From a virus (lineage: Duplodnaviria; Caudoviricetes), in IMG/VR virus record IMGVR_UViG_3300031998_000028, positions 50,916 through 114,915 of that record: DNA of 64,000 bases; one strand, written 5' to 3'. Numbering within the stretch: the stretch's first letter is position 1; each line of letters starts with the position of its first letter. The notes under the pieces were generated by a model. That model worked only from the letters and a program-made list of their open reading frames with translations, did not search any database and was not told the DNA's origin. Below are positions 50,153 to 63,130 of this stretch, piece by piece. The translations under genes and the position numbers were made by a program.

Positions 50153-51463
50153 ATGCCCAGAAATCGTTTACACCTAAATTTCGAACTCGAATCAGACGTA
50201 GACCGCGCCCAGTTCATTCAAGAGTATATAGCCGGCTTAACGTTTACGCCTACCGAAGCAGAGCTCGAAACAATTTCAAATTATATACTTTGGGGTAAGA
50301 CTTCCAATGGGAAAAACGCTCAGCAGCAAGGCGAAATCGAAATCAAAAAATGGGCAGAAAAACCCGTCGAGTCACTTGAAGCATTAGCAGAAGCCCCTGG
50401 ATTTTCTGAGACTTCTCTGCGGCCGCTCAATGAACCACCGACACGAATTCAACGTATTGTTTTTGATAGATAGCTAGCATTACAATAGGCGCCACCGTAT
50501 TTATAGTAGGTTTATACGGATTTATTTCGATAGATAGATGAAATCGAATTAGAACTTAACTACTATGAATTATGGGTTGGGAAACGCAAACTGCCGCCGC
50601 GCGAAAAACTCGAGCAATCTTTTACAGAAGAAGAACGCTAGTCCCTCAATGAAAAAGCGCAGGCTCTTTCGTAGTTTAAGTACTTAAAGCTGCGGCATTT
50701 ACTTGTTGAACTGCGCGCATAGTAGTATACATATTATGATACATATACCACAAAAATAATTCCCCATCCAGGTGCGCGCCAGCCCGTTCTTATGAGCGAG
50801 GTTTTATTTATTGGAGAGGATATAAGTATATATCCAATTGGCCTAAAGGATAATACCTCACTTTCAGCAAAACTTTTTAGGGATGATAGGGAACCCGCAC
50901 CACCCGACTTTACAGAAGAGGATTTGAAGTAGATTTCAGACCTTTTGTGGAAGCCACAGACAACTCAATATATAGACTTTACAAAGCCTGAGCATGTATT
51001 AAGTATTTATTTATCTAGGGCTGATTTGCGCGACACCGTATTAGAAGACCCCGATGGTCTATACGGAGCGGCCGCCCGCATTTTAGATACATTGGAATAC
51101 TATGAAAAACGTGCTAATCTTACACCGCTTTAGAAAGACCTTTTGGAATTAAAGCTAAAGAATATACCAAACTTAGAAATTGCGAAATACTTAAATAAAA
51201 CATATAACAAAACTTATAACGAGAACTATATTTCTACTATCTTTCACTAGAAGATTATTCCTTCTATCGCGGCCGCGGCATAGGCGCATCGGGAGATATT
51301 AGAAAATATTTTTTATTCAGAGAACTTTAAAAAGTGTAAAGATTGCGGCCGAGTGCTACTTATGACCAGCGATAATTTTATGAAATAGAAAAAATCGTCT
51401 GACGGCTTTGCGCCACGTTGTAAGTAGTGTGAAAAAATTAAAAGGAGTGCAAGAAAAGCATGA
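50153..51463 (+). CDS. putative transcription regulator (sigma region-4-like HTH + C-terminal CxxC) (TAG=Gln)
   Basis: LTPL[TAG]KDLLELKL..PNLEIAKYLN; CKDC..CK[TAG]C; about 15 TAG. Confidence 0.6.
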
Positions 51464-51720
51464 AACAGACAGATAAACTATTATAGTATATATCAAAATT
51501 ACAAGTAGAAGAATATATCGGATTAGCAAAGTTACTTAAGGTTTCTTTAGTTGAAGAAACCAATCCAAACGCAGAGAAAGCTGAAGAATGCTATACTGCG
51601 CGCGACTTTAACGATGTGTTCAAAGATACGCTTGATGCTTTTAATGCAGCCCCTCGTGCGCGCCGACGCGAAATTTTGCGCTTGCTCAAAGCCGCGACGT
51701 CTAAGGGAGATGAAAATTAA
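51460..51720 (+). CDS. hypothetical protein (TAG=Gln)
   Basis: overlapping start/stop with neighbours. Confidence 0.55.
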
Positions 51721-52709
51721 TGCCCATAATTCCAAAAATTCCGAACTAGGCGCGCGGGCAATCAAAACAGTGCGGTTGCTGCGGACGCTCATTGCCTCTT
51801 TCTTAGTTCTCTAAGACTCGTAATCAATTTTATTTAGATGGCTACTTACCGATTTGTAACGATTGTATTGCCGAACAAATAGCCGCCGCAGACTTTAATT
51901 GGGAATATGTAGACCAAGTATGTATGTGGGCTGGGATTCCATTCATTGTAAAAGAGTGGGAACGTATTAAGGATATGACTCTACCTAATGAGACTTGGGC
52001 GTCCTATGCCAAGGTCTTTATGTCGTAGGACTATGAATCATTAGGATGGGGAGACTATTATAGGCAGTATAAAAGATTAAAAGAAGTAGGACTTATAGAG
52101 GAAGAATTACCCGAAATTCGTGAATAGCGCTATGCTGATTTGAGGCGAAAGTGGGGAGAAAATTATGATGAAGAAGACCTCAACCACTTAGAAGACCTTT
52201 ATAAAGGTCTTATGAGTACTCAAAACATCAACGGCGCGCTTTAGATTGACCAAGCGCAAAAGCTTTGTAAAATTTCTTTGGAAATAGATAATCGTATTCG
52301 CGCTGGCGACAAAGAAGTGGATAAATTTATGTCCTCTTATGATAAGCTTATCAAGAGTGCAGAATTTACACCTAAAAACGCTAAAAACGCCGCAGATTTT
52401 GACAGCTTTGCAGAAGTTGCTTATTGGCTGGAAAAGCGCGGCCATGTCAATAAATTTTATGATGACGTGACTCGTGATGTACTAGACGAAACTCTTAAAA
52501 ATATAGAGCATTATAATCAAAGACTTTATATTAATGAGGGTGGAATTGGCGAAGAAATTACATAGAGACTGCGCGCCCTTGCTTCTGCGAATGACCTAGA
52601 GCGTGAAGAATTTTATTAGATTCAACCAGAATTTGATGAAGATGAATATGCTAATGCCGCATTTGTACTTGATGAAGGTGAAGATTTTGACCCCGAAGGT
52701 GAATTCTAA
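51720..52709 (+). CDS. Zn-binding protein upstream of terminase (terminase small subunit candidate) (TAG=Gln)
   Basis: CGCC..PICNDC; position; joins ORF 52278..52565. Confidence 0.55.
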
Positions 52710-54487
52710 TGGCCGCGATTCAATTAATCAATCCTGATGTAGTTCAATTTAATACGCATGATAGACTTTATCATGATGGTATTGAATTAGAAAAAGGTGT
52801 GGTTATTACTCCTTCTTTTTTAGAAAAGAATGAAGACTTAATAGCTGAATCAATTCAAATCTTTACTGCTTATCCCGATATATTTTTAGATTTAATTACT
52901 CCGCTTGGCTCTAATTTTAAACTGTTTCCTTATTAGCGTTTATTCTTGCGCGCGTGCATGAGGTATACAAAAATATATATTACCGCGGCTCGTGCAACAT
53001 CTAAAACCTTTCTTTCTATACTTGCAAAATACTTATAGTGTATTTTTTTACCGAATCACGTGGGTTCGATTGTAGCGCCGAATAAATAGCAGGCCGCGAA
53101 AATCAGTAAGCAAAAAATAGAAGAAATTTGGCGTATTTGGCCTTTATTAGAAAAAGAAATAGAAAAGGCAAATTTTGGTAAAGATTATGTGGACATATTT
53201 TTTAAGAATGGCAGTAGATTATCTATTGTGGGTGCTTTAGATAGTGATCGTGGTATTCGTACTCACGCGACCTTAATAGATGAGGCACGTGACCAAGACG
53301 GCGATGCAATAAACGAAATCGTTCTGCCGCAGATGAACGTTTCTCGACGTATGGACAATGGATTAGTAAATCCATATGAAAAAACAAACACTCAAGTTAT
53401 ATACGCCACATCTGCCGGTACTAAATCGTCTTATGCATATGAAGCACTTATAGATACTTTTGAATAGGCAATAATTGACCCAAAAACTGCTTTCTGTATT
53501 GGTCTTGATTATCGAATTCCTGCATAGCATGGTCTTATTGACCCAGTATATGTTCGTAATTTAAAAATGTCACCATCATATAATGAAACTACATTCGCGG
53601 CCGAGTATCTGGGACAATGGCTCGGCGGCGGTGAAGATTCTTGGTTTGATTTTAATAAACTTACGAAATATCGTAAAATAAAAAATCCTGAATGGCGTCC
53701 AAAATTTAGAGATGACCCAAATGTTTTTTACTTAATTTCAGTGGACGTAGGTAGATTACATGACCAAACAGTTGCTTTTATTTGGCGTGTAAATATTCGT
53801 GAGAATAAATACTATAGTACAGTTGTTAATTTATTTGTTCTTGGCAGATAGGCAGAAACAAAAACTTTTGTGTAGCAAACAATTGACTTAAAACATTTAA
53901 TTGAAATCTATACTCCTCGCGAAGTTGTAATTGATACGAATGGTTTGGGCGTCGGCCTAGCCGATGAAATGATTCGTACTCAATTAGATGAAATGGGGCA
54001 CGAACTTCCTGCTTATGGCTTTTTTAATAATGATGATTATAAAAAAGTATAGCCGAAAGATGCGCCGCAAATTCTGTACTCATTAAAAGCCAATGGGCCC
54101 TTAAATTCAAAGATACATAGTAATGCCTATTCACGTATAAATGGTGGTATGGTTCGCTTTTTAATAAGCGAACAAGATGCGCGAGCAGCGCTCTTGGCGA
54201 CAAAAATCGGCCAAAAAATGTCGACAGAAGACCGCATAAAACGTCTAATGCCGCATGAACTTACCACAAAGTTATTTGAAGAAATGGCTAATTTGCGGCT
54301 TCGCAAGTCGGGCCTTGATATAGTTCTTGAACAAATTAATGCGCGCTTTCCAAAAGATAAATATTCAGCTTTTGCTTATGGATTGTGGCGTATTAAAGAA
54401 TTGGAAGAAGAACACTATAAAAAAATAACCCGATTCCAAAATCGCGGAGAACGTAAGTTAATTTTCTTTACTGGAGGACGTAACTAA
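52709..54487 (+). CDS. terL: terminase large subunit (TAG=Gln)
   Basis: LFPY[TAG]R, ARATSKT Walker A, LIDEAR Walker B, ATSAG, SVDVGR nuclease, KDKYSA. Confidence 0.9.
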
Positions 54488-55983
54488 TGACAGAACAAAC
54501 CACCGAAATTAATAGTGCCCCAGTTGGTATTCAAGATTTGGAAACTTTTAAGCGCGCTATTAATGGAATGATTGTTAAAAGTGATAGGTCTTGGACTGAC
54601 ATTAGCGATAGATTTTTACGTAGATAGCGATTAAAAAATTACGACGAAAAAGAAGTCGAAGACATCATTAATTCTGGTTCATTATTAGCGCAATAGCGCC
54701 TATCAATGAATTACTTTTTAAAAGATAGTTTATATAAGCGAATAATTATTTATTATGCTACTCTTTTGAAATATGTAGGTATTTTAATCCCTAATCCAAG
54801 TGCGGGCATTGAACTCTCCACCCCCTACGTTACAAAAAGGTATAATAATGCACTCGATTATATAGATAAAATGTTTATACCAGATATGTTGACTAGATTT
54901 TCTTTGCGCGCGTTAATTTATGGTTGCTATTATGGAGTTTTACGAGATGTAAGTAAAACTAATTTTGCACTTTTAGATTTACCAGTTGAATATTGTCGCT
55001 CAGATTTTAAAGATTTTTATGGTAATGATATTATTGAATTTAATGTTCAATATTTTGACTCAATTTATGATGAATCTTCTCGTAAATAGGCTTTAAAGGT
55101 TTATCCTAAAATTGTGTCTGACCATTATAATCGTTATAAAAAAGGCTAGGTTAAGACTTATTGGGTAAAGATTCCGACTGACATTGGTTTTTGTTTTTCT
55201 TTCTTTGATGACAATCGACCTTTGTTCTTAGATTTAATTCCCGCGGCTATAGCTTACGATGATGCGGTTGATATTAACCGTGAACGTGATTTGGAAGAAA
55301 TCCGTAAGATTATAGTTTAGAAAATTCCCCATTTGTCAGATGGTATGCTTTTATTTGAGCCTCAAGAAGCTGAGGTTATGCACAGTGGCGCCGTCGAAAT
55401 GATGAAGGGAAATAAAAATATAAGTGTTTTAACCACTTATGCAGATGTAGATGCAATAGTTTCCAAGGCTTCTTCAGAAGCAACTACAAACTCTTTAGAG
55501 AAAAGCTTACAAAACTTTTATTCCAAAGCCAATGCAAGTATGCAAATCTTTTCACCTACAGGAAGCCAAGCACTTAGCACTTCAATTCTTAACGATATGT
55601 CAATGATGATGATTTTGGCACATAAATATGGTAAATTTTTAAGTTACATCATTAACAATCTATTTGCCAACTCTAATATAACTTTCAAGTATGAGATATT
55701 ACCAATTACTTGGTATAACGAGAAAGAATATATTACAGATACTTTGAAAATGGCTACGAATGGTTACAGTTATATCTTACCTGCCATCGCGGCCGGCTTA
55801 TCACAAAAAGATTTAGTCAACGTAAAGAAATTAGAAAATACTTTATTGAAATTACAAGAATTATTAATTCCATTGAATAGTTCATTCACATAGGGTAGTG
55901 GGGACGTTGGCCGTCCAAAGCTTTCGGTGGATGAAAAATCACCTAAGACTCTTTAGAATGAAGAATCATTGGATAAGTAGTAA
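54487..55983 (+). CDS. portal protein (TAG=Gln)
   Basis: 498 aa directly after terL, C-terminal GRP motif. Confidence 0.75.
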
Positions 55984-57344
55984 TGGAGGCTCAAATGGAC
56001 AATTCACTATATGAGTTTCCTGTTACCGTTTATGGAAGCTTAGAAAAATATAATGAAGTTCTGAGCAAGGCGCGCTGTCGTATTTTTTATAAGTATGAAA
56101 ACCGTAATGGTACTTATATAACCGACGAATTTGCAGATATGCTTCTGCAAAGTTTACCTTATGCACCAATTAAAGGTATTTATCAACCGGAAGAAGGTGA
56201 CTATACTGACCACGGCAATGAAAGAAATGAAGGCCGTATTTATGGTATAGTTCCCGAAAATCCTAATATCGCTTGGGAAGATAATTTAGATGATGACGGT
56301 GTAACACGTTCTTATGCGTGCGCGGATGTATTGATTTTTACTGCCCTTTATGAGGAAGCAAACGAAATAGTTGGTAAAGGTCAATCAATGGAATTATATC
56401 GTCCATCTTTATAGTATCACGAAGCCATTGTTAAAGGCCGTCGTATGATTGTTTTTGACAAAGGATGCTTTTTAGGATTATAGGTACTTGGTGACAATAC
56501 TGAGCCTTGTTTTGAAGGAGCTTCATTCTATACATTACAAAATACAATTGAAACTGCAATTAATGCAATAAAAAATTACGGAGGTACTAAAATGCCAGTA
56601 ATTAATTTTAAACTCTCTGATGATGAAAAGTTCCAAGCTATTTGGGCTTTGCTTAATCCTGAGTTTAATGAAGAAGGCAACTGGACTATTACTTATGGTA
56701 TTTCTGCCGTATATGAAGACTATGCACTTGTAGTAAACTATGAGACCGGTGAGTTTAATCGTGCTTATTATAAGAAGAACGATGAAACTGATATGGTTGA
56801 GTTAGGTGATATTGTTAAGTGCTATGTTCTTGATGTAACTGAGAATGAAAAGCAGACTTTAGATACTCTGCGCGCCCTCAATGGTGGAACCTACGAGTTA
56901 GTCAGTGACGTTTTAGTTAACGCTCAAGATACTCTTGATAAAAATTCAGAATTTTCCGCCAAAATTGATGAGTTAACTAGTACTATTGCTACTTTAACCA
57001 CAGAGAAGGATGAATTTTCTGCTCAATTAGAAACTGCTAATGCTAATATTGAAGCACTTACTGCTGAGAATACAAGTCTTCAACAGTATAAATTAGATAT
57101 TGACACCGCTCAAAAGAATGCTGTTATTGATGAATATGCAGAACAGCTTAGCGATGAAATTCTTGACGCTTATCGCGCAAAGCTTGACCAATATAGTGTG
57201 GAAGAGCTTGATATGCATTTAGCTTATGAGTTAAAGAAGAGCAATCCTACTGTCTTTAGTAAGGCTCCTGATAGTGGCTATGTTCCTAAGGACACCCACG
57301 TAGATGGACTTACATCAATTTTATCTAAGTATAAGAACAACTAA
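55983..57344 (+). CDS. prohead protease-scaffold fusion; internal scaffold start at 56592 (TAG=Gln)
   Basis: NRNG, GQSME, LG...EPCFEGA; two TAG join it to the coiled-coil ORF; GGAGG before 56592. Confidence 0.75.
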
Positions 57345-57363
57345 TTTTAGGAGGCTATATTAA

Positions 57364-57915
57364 ATGGCTAGAATGGTTATTGATGGTTTCGGCCAAATCG
57401 AACTTAATAACGTTGCTTTCCGCCGTGACGGCCGCATTGAAGCTCAGTGCGCTCTTAGTACTGTTGATTTTGCTTCTGTTCCTGCCGAAAATGGTATGAT
57501 TCTTGTTGTTAAGAAGGCTGACCATGAGATTTGCTTCGCCGATGCTTCCGCTGAAAATCAGCTTTATGCTCTTAACTATACTTCTGAGCATATGTATGAT
57601 GAGCGCAAGCCCGGCTTAAAGAATTTTGCTACCTATGCCCATGTTAATGGCAAGGATGATTTCTATCCTCGTGTTGGCTACCTCGCAGCTGGTGACCTTT
57701 GGACTACCAACTGTGTTGATCTTGGTGCATATGCTAGCGCTGATGCAGTTGCATCCGCTCTTGCTAGTGGCGCTGTATACGCTGCTGTTGGCACCCAGGG
57801 CGCACCTGTTATCCAGGCTGCTGCTCCTAGTGTTGGACCTGTAATGCAGGTAATTAAGAAAACTACAATGCCCGATGGACAGGATGCTTTCCAGCTCCAG
57901 GTTCTTAAGGTTTGA
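57364..57915 (+). CDS. head decoration/stabilising protein
   Basis: between scaffold and capsid genes, ENGM motif, highly biased codons. Confidence 0.65.
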   Translation: MARMVIDGFGQIELNNVAFRRDGRIEAQCALSTVDFASVPAENGMILVVKKADHEICFADASAENQLYALNYTSEHMYDERKPGLKNFATYAHVNGKDDFYPRVGYLAAGDLWTTNCVDLGAYASADAVASALASGAVYAAVGTQGAPVIQAAAPSVGPVMQVIKKTTMPDGQDAFQLQVLKV

Positions 57916-57933
57916 TAAGGAGGGTATAATATA

Positions 57934-58983
57934 ATGACACTTAGTGAGTTTAGAGATATTGCCCTTCATGCTGCTAAGGGCACCGCTCCTGCCGAATTTA
58001 CTGTTGATAATGTAAATGCTGCATTTATTGATGGTTTAAAGGAGCTTGCTGGTACCTATAATAAGTTTATGAAGAATCGTTATGATATTTATGATATCAT
58101 TATTGAGTCTATTGACCAGATTCTTCCTAAGAATGTTGAAGATGCTCTCGGCGCTTTCGCTGAGGTAAAGCGTGTTGGCCAGGGCGAGAAGGCTATGTTC
58201 GTTCAGAAGACCGGCCGCGCTCGTGCAAAGAAGTTCCTCACCCAGGTTGGTCTTAGTGGTGTTTACGAGACCTTCCGTCTTGATAGCAAGACTTTTGAGG
58301 TCGGTGCTCATGCTGTTGGTGGCGGTGCCACTATCGACTTCGAGCGTATGCTTGATGGTGCTGAGTCTCTTGCCGAGGTAGTTGGTATTGTAACTGAAGG
58401 CCTTGAGAACGCTGTTTATGTTGAAGTACAGAAGGCACTTAACGCTGCTCTTAGCGTAATGCCTGCAACCAATAAGTACTCTGGCTCTTGGAGTGCTGAT
58501 GAAATGGTTAAGTTACTTAACGTTGTACGCGCTTACGGTTCTCCTGTTATTTATGCTTGCCCCGAGTTCGTTTCTGCTATGGGTCCTGATGCTATTGTTC
58601 CTGTTCTTATGAACAGCACCACCAATGTTGCTCAGGGTATCTATAGTCCTAAGGATATTGAGGCCATTCATGATTACGGCTTCATTAATGTCTTCCGCGG
58701 CGCCCCTGTTGTTCAACTTCCTCAGTCTTTCGTTGATGAAAACAACAGAGAAACCTATGTAAATCCTCGCCTTGCTTATGTCTTCCCTGCTGGCCAGGAG
58801 AAGGTTGTAAAGGTTGTTCTTGAAGGTTCTACTCAGATTCGCGACCACGAGAACAAGGATAATTCTATGGAAGTTTTTGCTTGGAAGAAAATGGGCTGCG
58901 CTATTCTTACCCACCACAACTGGGCTATGTATGAGAATAGTAGCTTAACTGATACTTCCGCAAAAGATATCTACGGATTCTAA
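57934..58983 (+). CDS. major capsid protein
   Basis: 349 aa, position, high-expression codon bias, strong terminator hairpin after it. Confidence 0.8.
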   Translation: MTLSEFRDIALHAAKGTAPAEFTVDNVNAAFIDGLKELAGTYNKFMKNRYDIYDIIIESIDQILPKNVEDALGAFAEVKRVGQGEKAMFVQKTGRARAKKFLTQVGLSGVYETFRLDSKTFEVGAHAVGGGATIDFERMLDGAESLAEVVGIVTEGLENAVYVEVQKALNAALSVMPATNKYSGSWSADEMVKLLNVVRAYGSPVIYACPEFVSAMGPDAIVPVLMNSTTNVAQGIYSPKDIEAIHDYGFINVFRGAPVVQLPQSFVDENNRETYVNPRLAYVFPAGQEKVVKVVLEGSTQIRDHENKDNSMEVFAWKKMGCAILTHHNWAMYENSSLTDTSAKDIYGF

Positions 58984-58993
58984 TTAAACCAAT

Positions 58994-59027
58994 GATGGGG
59001 AAGGGGATATTCCCCTCCCCAATTTTT
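58994..59027 (+). terminator. intrinsic terminator after the capsid gene
   Basis: TGGGGAAGGGGAT-ATTCCCCTCCCCA followed by a T-tract. Confidence 0.7.
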
Positions 59028-59065
59028 ATTAAGCGCATTTGCGTAGGAGTTAAAGGAGAAAAATT

Positions 59066-59545
59066 ATGTCTGAAGAAAAAATTAAAGTTATAAGTGCCTA
59101 TAATGGCCGTTGCGGCATTGACAATGCCGATTTGCGTATTTCTCGTCGTTGGCCCGGTAGAGGGGCTGTTGTCACCTTTACGAAACAACAAATCGAAGAA
59201 TTAATGTTTGACCCTGCATTTAGTAATATGGTACGAGAGGGTTATCTTTATATCGAAGATATGGATGTAAAGAAGGAAATCGGAATAGAACCCGAAGATG
59301 CTACTACTCCAACTATTATACTATTAACTGATAAAGAGCTTACTCGTTTTTGGAAAATTATGCCGTTTTCTCAATTTAAAGTTGAAACTGGTAAATTGAC
59401 TCGTCAACAGATTGTACTTCTTGCTGAATATGCCATGAAACATGGTAGCGAAGGTACTATTGATAAAGCTAATTATTTAACTCAAATTAGTGGTTATCAA
59501 ATTTTAAAGGGGATTGAATTAGAAAATCAAAGTTAGGAGGGCTAA
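59066..59545 (+). CDS. virion morphogenesis hypothetical protein
   Basis: reads through TAG to TAA at 59543. Confidence 0.6.
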
Positions 59546-59547
59546 TA

Positions 59548-59979
59548 ATGACTGAATTTTCAGTAATATATGATGCTTTCTTGGCAAAAATGCTTGATGA
59601 TGAATGGAGCGATTGGTACGAGGCAGATGTCCAAGAGGACTTAAAAGCATTATTAATGGGTGCGTTGCCTTGGTTTAAATTTCCGCGTGTTTCTCTTGAA
59701 TATACTAGTAATGACACTTTTGTTGAAGATTTAAATAACGAAGAAGTTTAGTTATTATCTACTTATATGAAATGCGAATGGCTTAATCGTACTATTCTTA
59801 CTTGGGAGAATGTAAAGCCTTTATATGAGGAGCGTGATTTCTCTTAGGCAAATCTTTTAAGTAAGTTTAACGATACTCTCGCGGCCGAGAAGAAAAATGC
59901 GGCCAGACTTGAAGCGATATATTATCGCTCTATTAATAGAAAGCCATTCGACTATACAAAGTTAGCGCGGTAGAGTTAA
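59548..59979 (+). CDS. head-tail adaptor candidate (TAG=Gln)
   Basis: YDAFL..., DFS[TAG]ANLL. Confidence 0.6.
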
Positions 59980-60230
59980 TGGAATACTTAGAAGGTTATA
60001 ATAATAATTTAAAGAATCGTTTATTTGGATTATTATGTGAATATGAGAAAGGTCGAGAATGGGAAAAGTTTTTAGATTCCATTTTGATTGAATTAATATC
60101 ATATCCAGATGAACATAAGACAATAAATTATTATAGACTTTATACTAAAATTTCTTCACTTCGTTATTTAAGTTATGATTATTTTCGTACAACCGTTTTT
60201 GATTGTATGAGTTTATTATCGAGAATATAA
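59979..60230 (+). CDS. hypothetical protein
   Basis: overlapping start/stop. Confidence 0.6.
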   Translation: MEYLEGYNNNLKNRLFGLLCEYEKGREWEKFLDSILIELISYPDEHKTINYYRLYTKISSLRYLSYDYFRTTVFDCMSLLSRI

Positions 60231-60967
60231 TGGGTAGTTATTTTAATATTTACCAATAGCGTTTAAATCGTTTTGGTAATGATTACTAGTCACGTATTCA
60301 AGGAGAAAGAGAGCATTTATTTGAATTATATTTATTAAAAACCATTTATCGAGTAGATTTTGAATATAATAACTATCATTATGCTGGTAGTTTGGAAAAA
60401 TATAAACAAGATGATACTAAAACATTATAGTATTTATTAACTGACGTACATTTAGATATTCCTAGTGGAACGGTTTTATAGATAGTAGATAAAAATAATT
60501 AGTATCAACCTTGGATGATATATTATTTAGAGAATATAAAAGCAAGTGGTTATAATCGCTATATTGTTTTAAAAATGACTCATTTTCTTACGTGGGCTGC
60601 GCGCGACGGTAGTACATAGACTTCTTGGGCTTATATGTATGGTCAAGAAGATAATATGCTTAAAGATGAAATTCGTTCTCGTTCCCGTATGGATACTCTT
60701 TATGCAGAGAATTTAAAATCTAGTTTCTTTGTGATGCCTAAAAATCAATACGTAAAAAAGGATAGTTATTTTGTTATTGGTGAGCAACCATTTTAGGAGT
60801 ATTATCGTGTAACAGGATATGATATTCAATCTACTGATGGTGTTGAATATGTAACTGTTGACCCCGTTTATGAATTTGATTTAAGTGCCGCGCCCGCGCA
60901 GAGTTCTAGTGATAATGGTACAGATTTCTTTTGGATTAATGGGGGGATAACAAGTGCCAACCCGTAA
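60230..60967 (+). CDS. head closure/neck protein candidate (TAG=Gln)
   Basis: open only with TAG=Gln; position. Confidence 0.55.
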
Positions 60968-61445
60968 TTTAGGCGATTTAGGTATTCATTTATAGAAAAT
61001 TGTTAGTCGTTTATAGACAAATTAGCAATTACTTAAACTTTTGTTTTATACTGACAAAGACCCTTGCGCCAATACTGATTTGACAGATGAACAAATATAG
61101 ACTCTAATATTTGAAAAATTAATCAAAGTTGTACCTCGTGTTGGCCCTAAAGAAACTGCGCAGAGTTTGATTGCTTTACGTATAGTGCGAGGCCGCATGA
61201 ATAGTGAAAATAATGAATTTCGAGACTTTGAGATAGATATTGAAGTTTTTGTTCCTATGACATAGTGGATTATAAAAGATTCTAATTTGCGACCTTTTGC
61301 TATTATGGGCGAAATTCATAAAAGCTTAAATGGTAAGGTTATTGATGGATTAGGTAAAATAATTGGTGGAGATTTTTAGATCAATTTTTTAACGGACGAA
61401 ATCGGCTGTTACGAAATGGTATATTATATTACTAGTTATGATTAA
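60954..61445 (+). CDS. tail terminator/neck protein candidate (TAG=Gln)
   Basis: GTG start, LLKLLFY, LRPFAI motif. Confidence 0.55.
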
Positions 61446-62184
61446 TCCCAATTTTTTCCTCGGTTATCCAGTCGCATTTAAAGAAATTTGCTGGGTATAT
61501 CCGCCAAAATTAAAAGACATAATAGCAGATTAGAATTATCCAATGTATCGCAAATTATTATTAATTACTTAGGAAGAAATAGAAGATTTATTTGCTGAAG
61601 CTAAGATTTCTTTTGAAGAATTACCAACTCCTTTCTAGTATTTATTTTTAATGTCTGCGACAAATGAAGAATTAAGAGAGTTAATAATAAAGGGTTTTTA
61701 GTTTTTTTTACATGAACCAGTTTTATTATTACCAGATATAGGTCGTATTATTGTAGGAGATTTAAAAGAGACTTTAGAATCGGTTCAATCAATTGATGCT
61801 TTACGTATTCTTACTGAAGAAAATTATTTTGAATTACAAAATTTAATGCGTAGTTCTATTGGTGAAAAAGAAGCAGAGCCTTATAATCCTAATGAAAATC
61901 CAAAAATAAAGTATTTTAAGGCTAAGGCGCGCCTTCGTGATAAAGTTAAAGCAAAGTCTGATACTGTCTTAAATTTAGGTTCTACAATGGCCGCATTTTG
62001 TTGTATGAATTTTGGTATTAATCCACTTAATATCGGAGAGTTAAGTTAGTCAGCATTAACAGTTTTAATGCGTTATTATCAAGAAAAAGCAAAGTATGAT
62101 AATGATGTTGCATTTTTACTGGCTGGCGCAGATAGTAAAAAAATACAACCGCAAAATTGGATTAGAAATATAGAAGATTTGTAA
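61438..62184 (+). CDS. tail-module hypothetical protein (TAG=Gln)
   Basis: open only with TAG=Gln; LLAGAD C-terminus. Confidence 0.55.
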
Positions 62185-62203
62185 AATAGGAGGTCATTTC
62201 TAA

Positions 62204-63064
62204 ATGGCTAGTATTTTAGACCGTTATGGTATTAAAGAAGTTGCTGACGTAACTTTTTATAAGATTAATGACGATGGCACTCCTGGTGCTCCTGTACTTT
62301 TTCTTGATACTTTAAAGGTTTCTACCATTGAGCAAACCGCAGAGCAAGTTGACGCTCGTGGTGGCAAGGGCAATCCTAAGCTTATTACTTGGGACTATGG
62401 TAAGGAAATTACTGTAACTATTGAAGATGCTCTTTTCAGTCCTAAATCAATGTCTATTATGCTTGGTGATGGCACTGTTGCTAAAGCTACTTCTCAAGAT
62501 GTTCCCCATACTGCCGTAATTCGTGTTGGTGAAGATGGTAAGATTCCTGAGTACTTTACTGCTGATATTTATGATGCAGAAGTTGGTTCCGCGCGTAAGA
62601 AAATTTATATTGGTGGTAGTTCAACTCCTGCTAATATGGTTCCTTTCTCAAGCGCCGGCATTACTTTAAAGACTGCCGTATCTGAAACTGGTGATGTAAT
62701 TAGTAGTGCATTAACTTCCGCTATTATGTCTAGTGCTGTTAGTGGCTCTGCTACTTTCGGTAGCCATGCAGGTGAAAAAGTATTTATTACTTATACTGTA
62801 AAGGCTACTACAAAAACCATCACCCTTTCTGGTGATAGCTTCCCTGGCACTTATTATGTAACTGGTGATACCTATTCTCGTTCTGACGTTGATGGACGTG
62901 ACCAGTTCTTCCAGTTCATTATTCCTAAGGCTAAGTTATAGGCACAGAATACCATTACTCTTCAGGCTGAAGGCGATCCTTCAACATTTAATATGAACCT
63001 CACCGTTCTTCGTCCAGAATCTGGCGAAATGATGAAGCTTGTTCAGTATGATTTGGAGAGCTAA
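62204..63064 (+). CDS. major tail (tube) protein (TAG=Gln)
   Basis: LDTLKVSTIE, ARGGKGN; single TAG at 62939 then AEGDPSTF. Confidence 0.75.
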
Positions 63065-63130
63065 TAACAATTAATATAACGTTTGGAGGAGGGAGGAAAA
63101 CTCCCTCCTTTTATTTTGGAGTGAAAGGAA

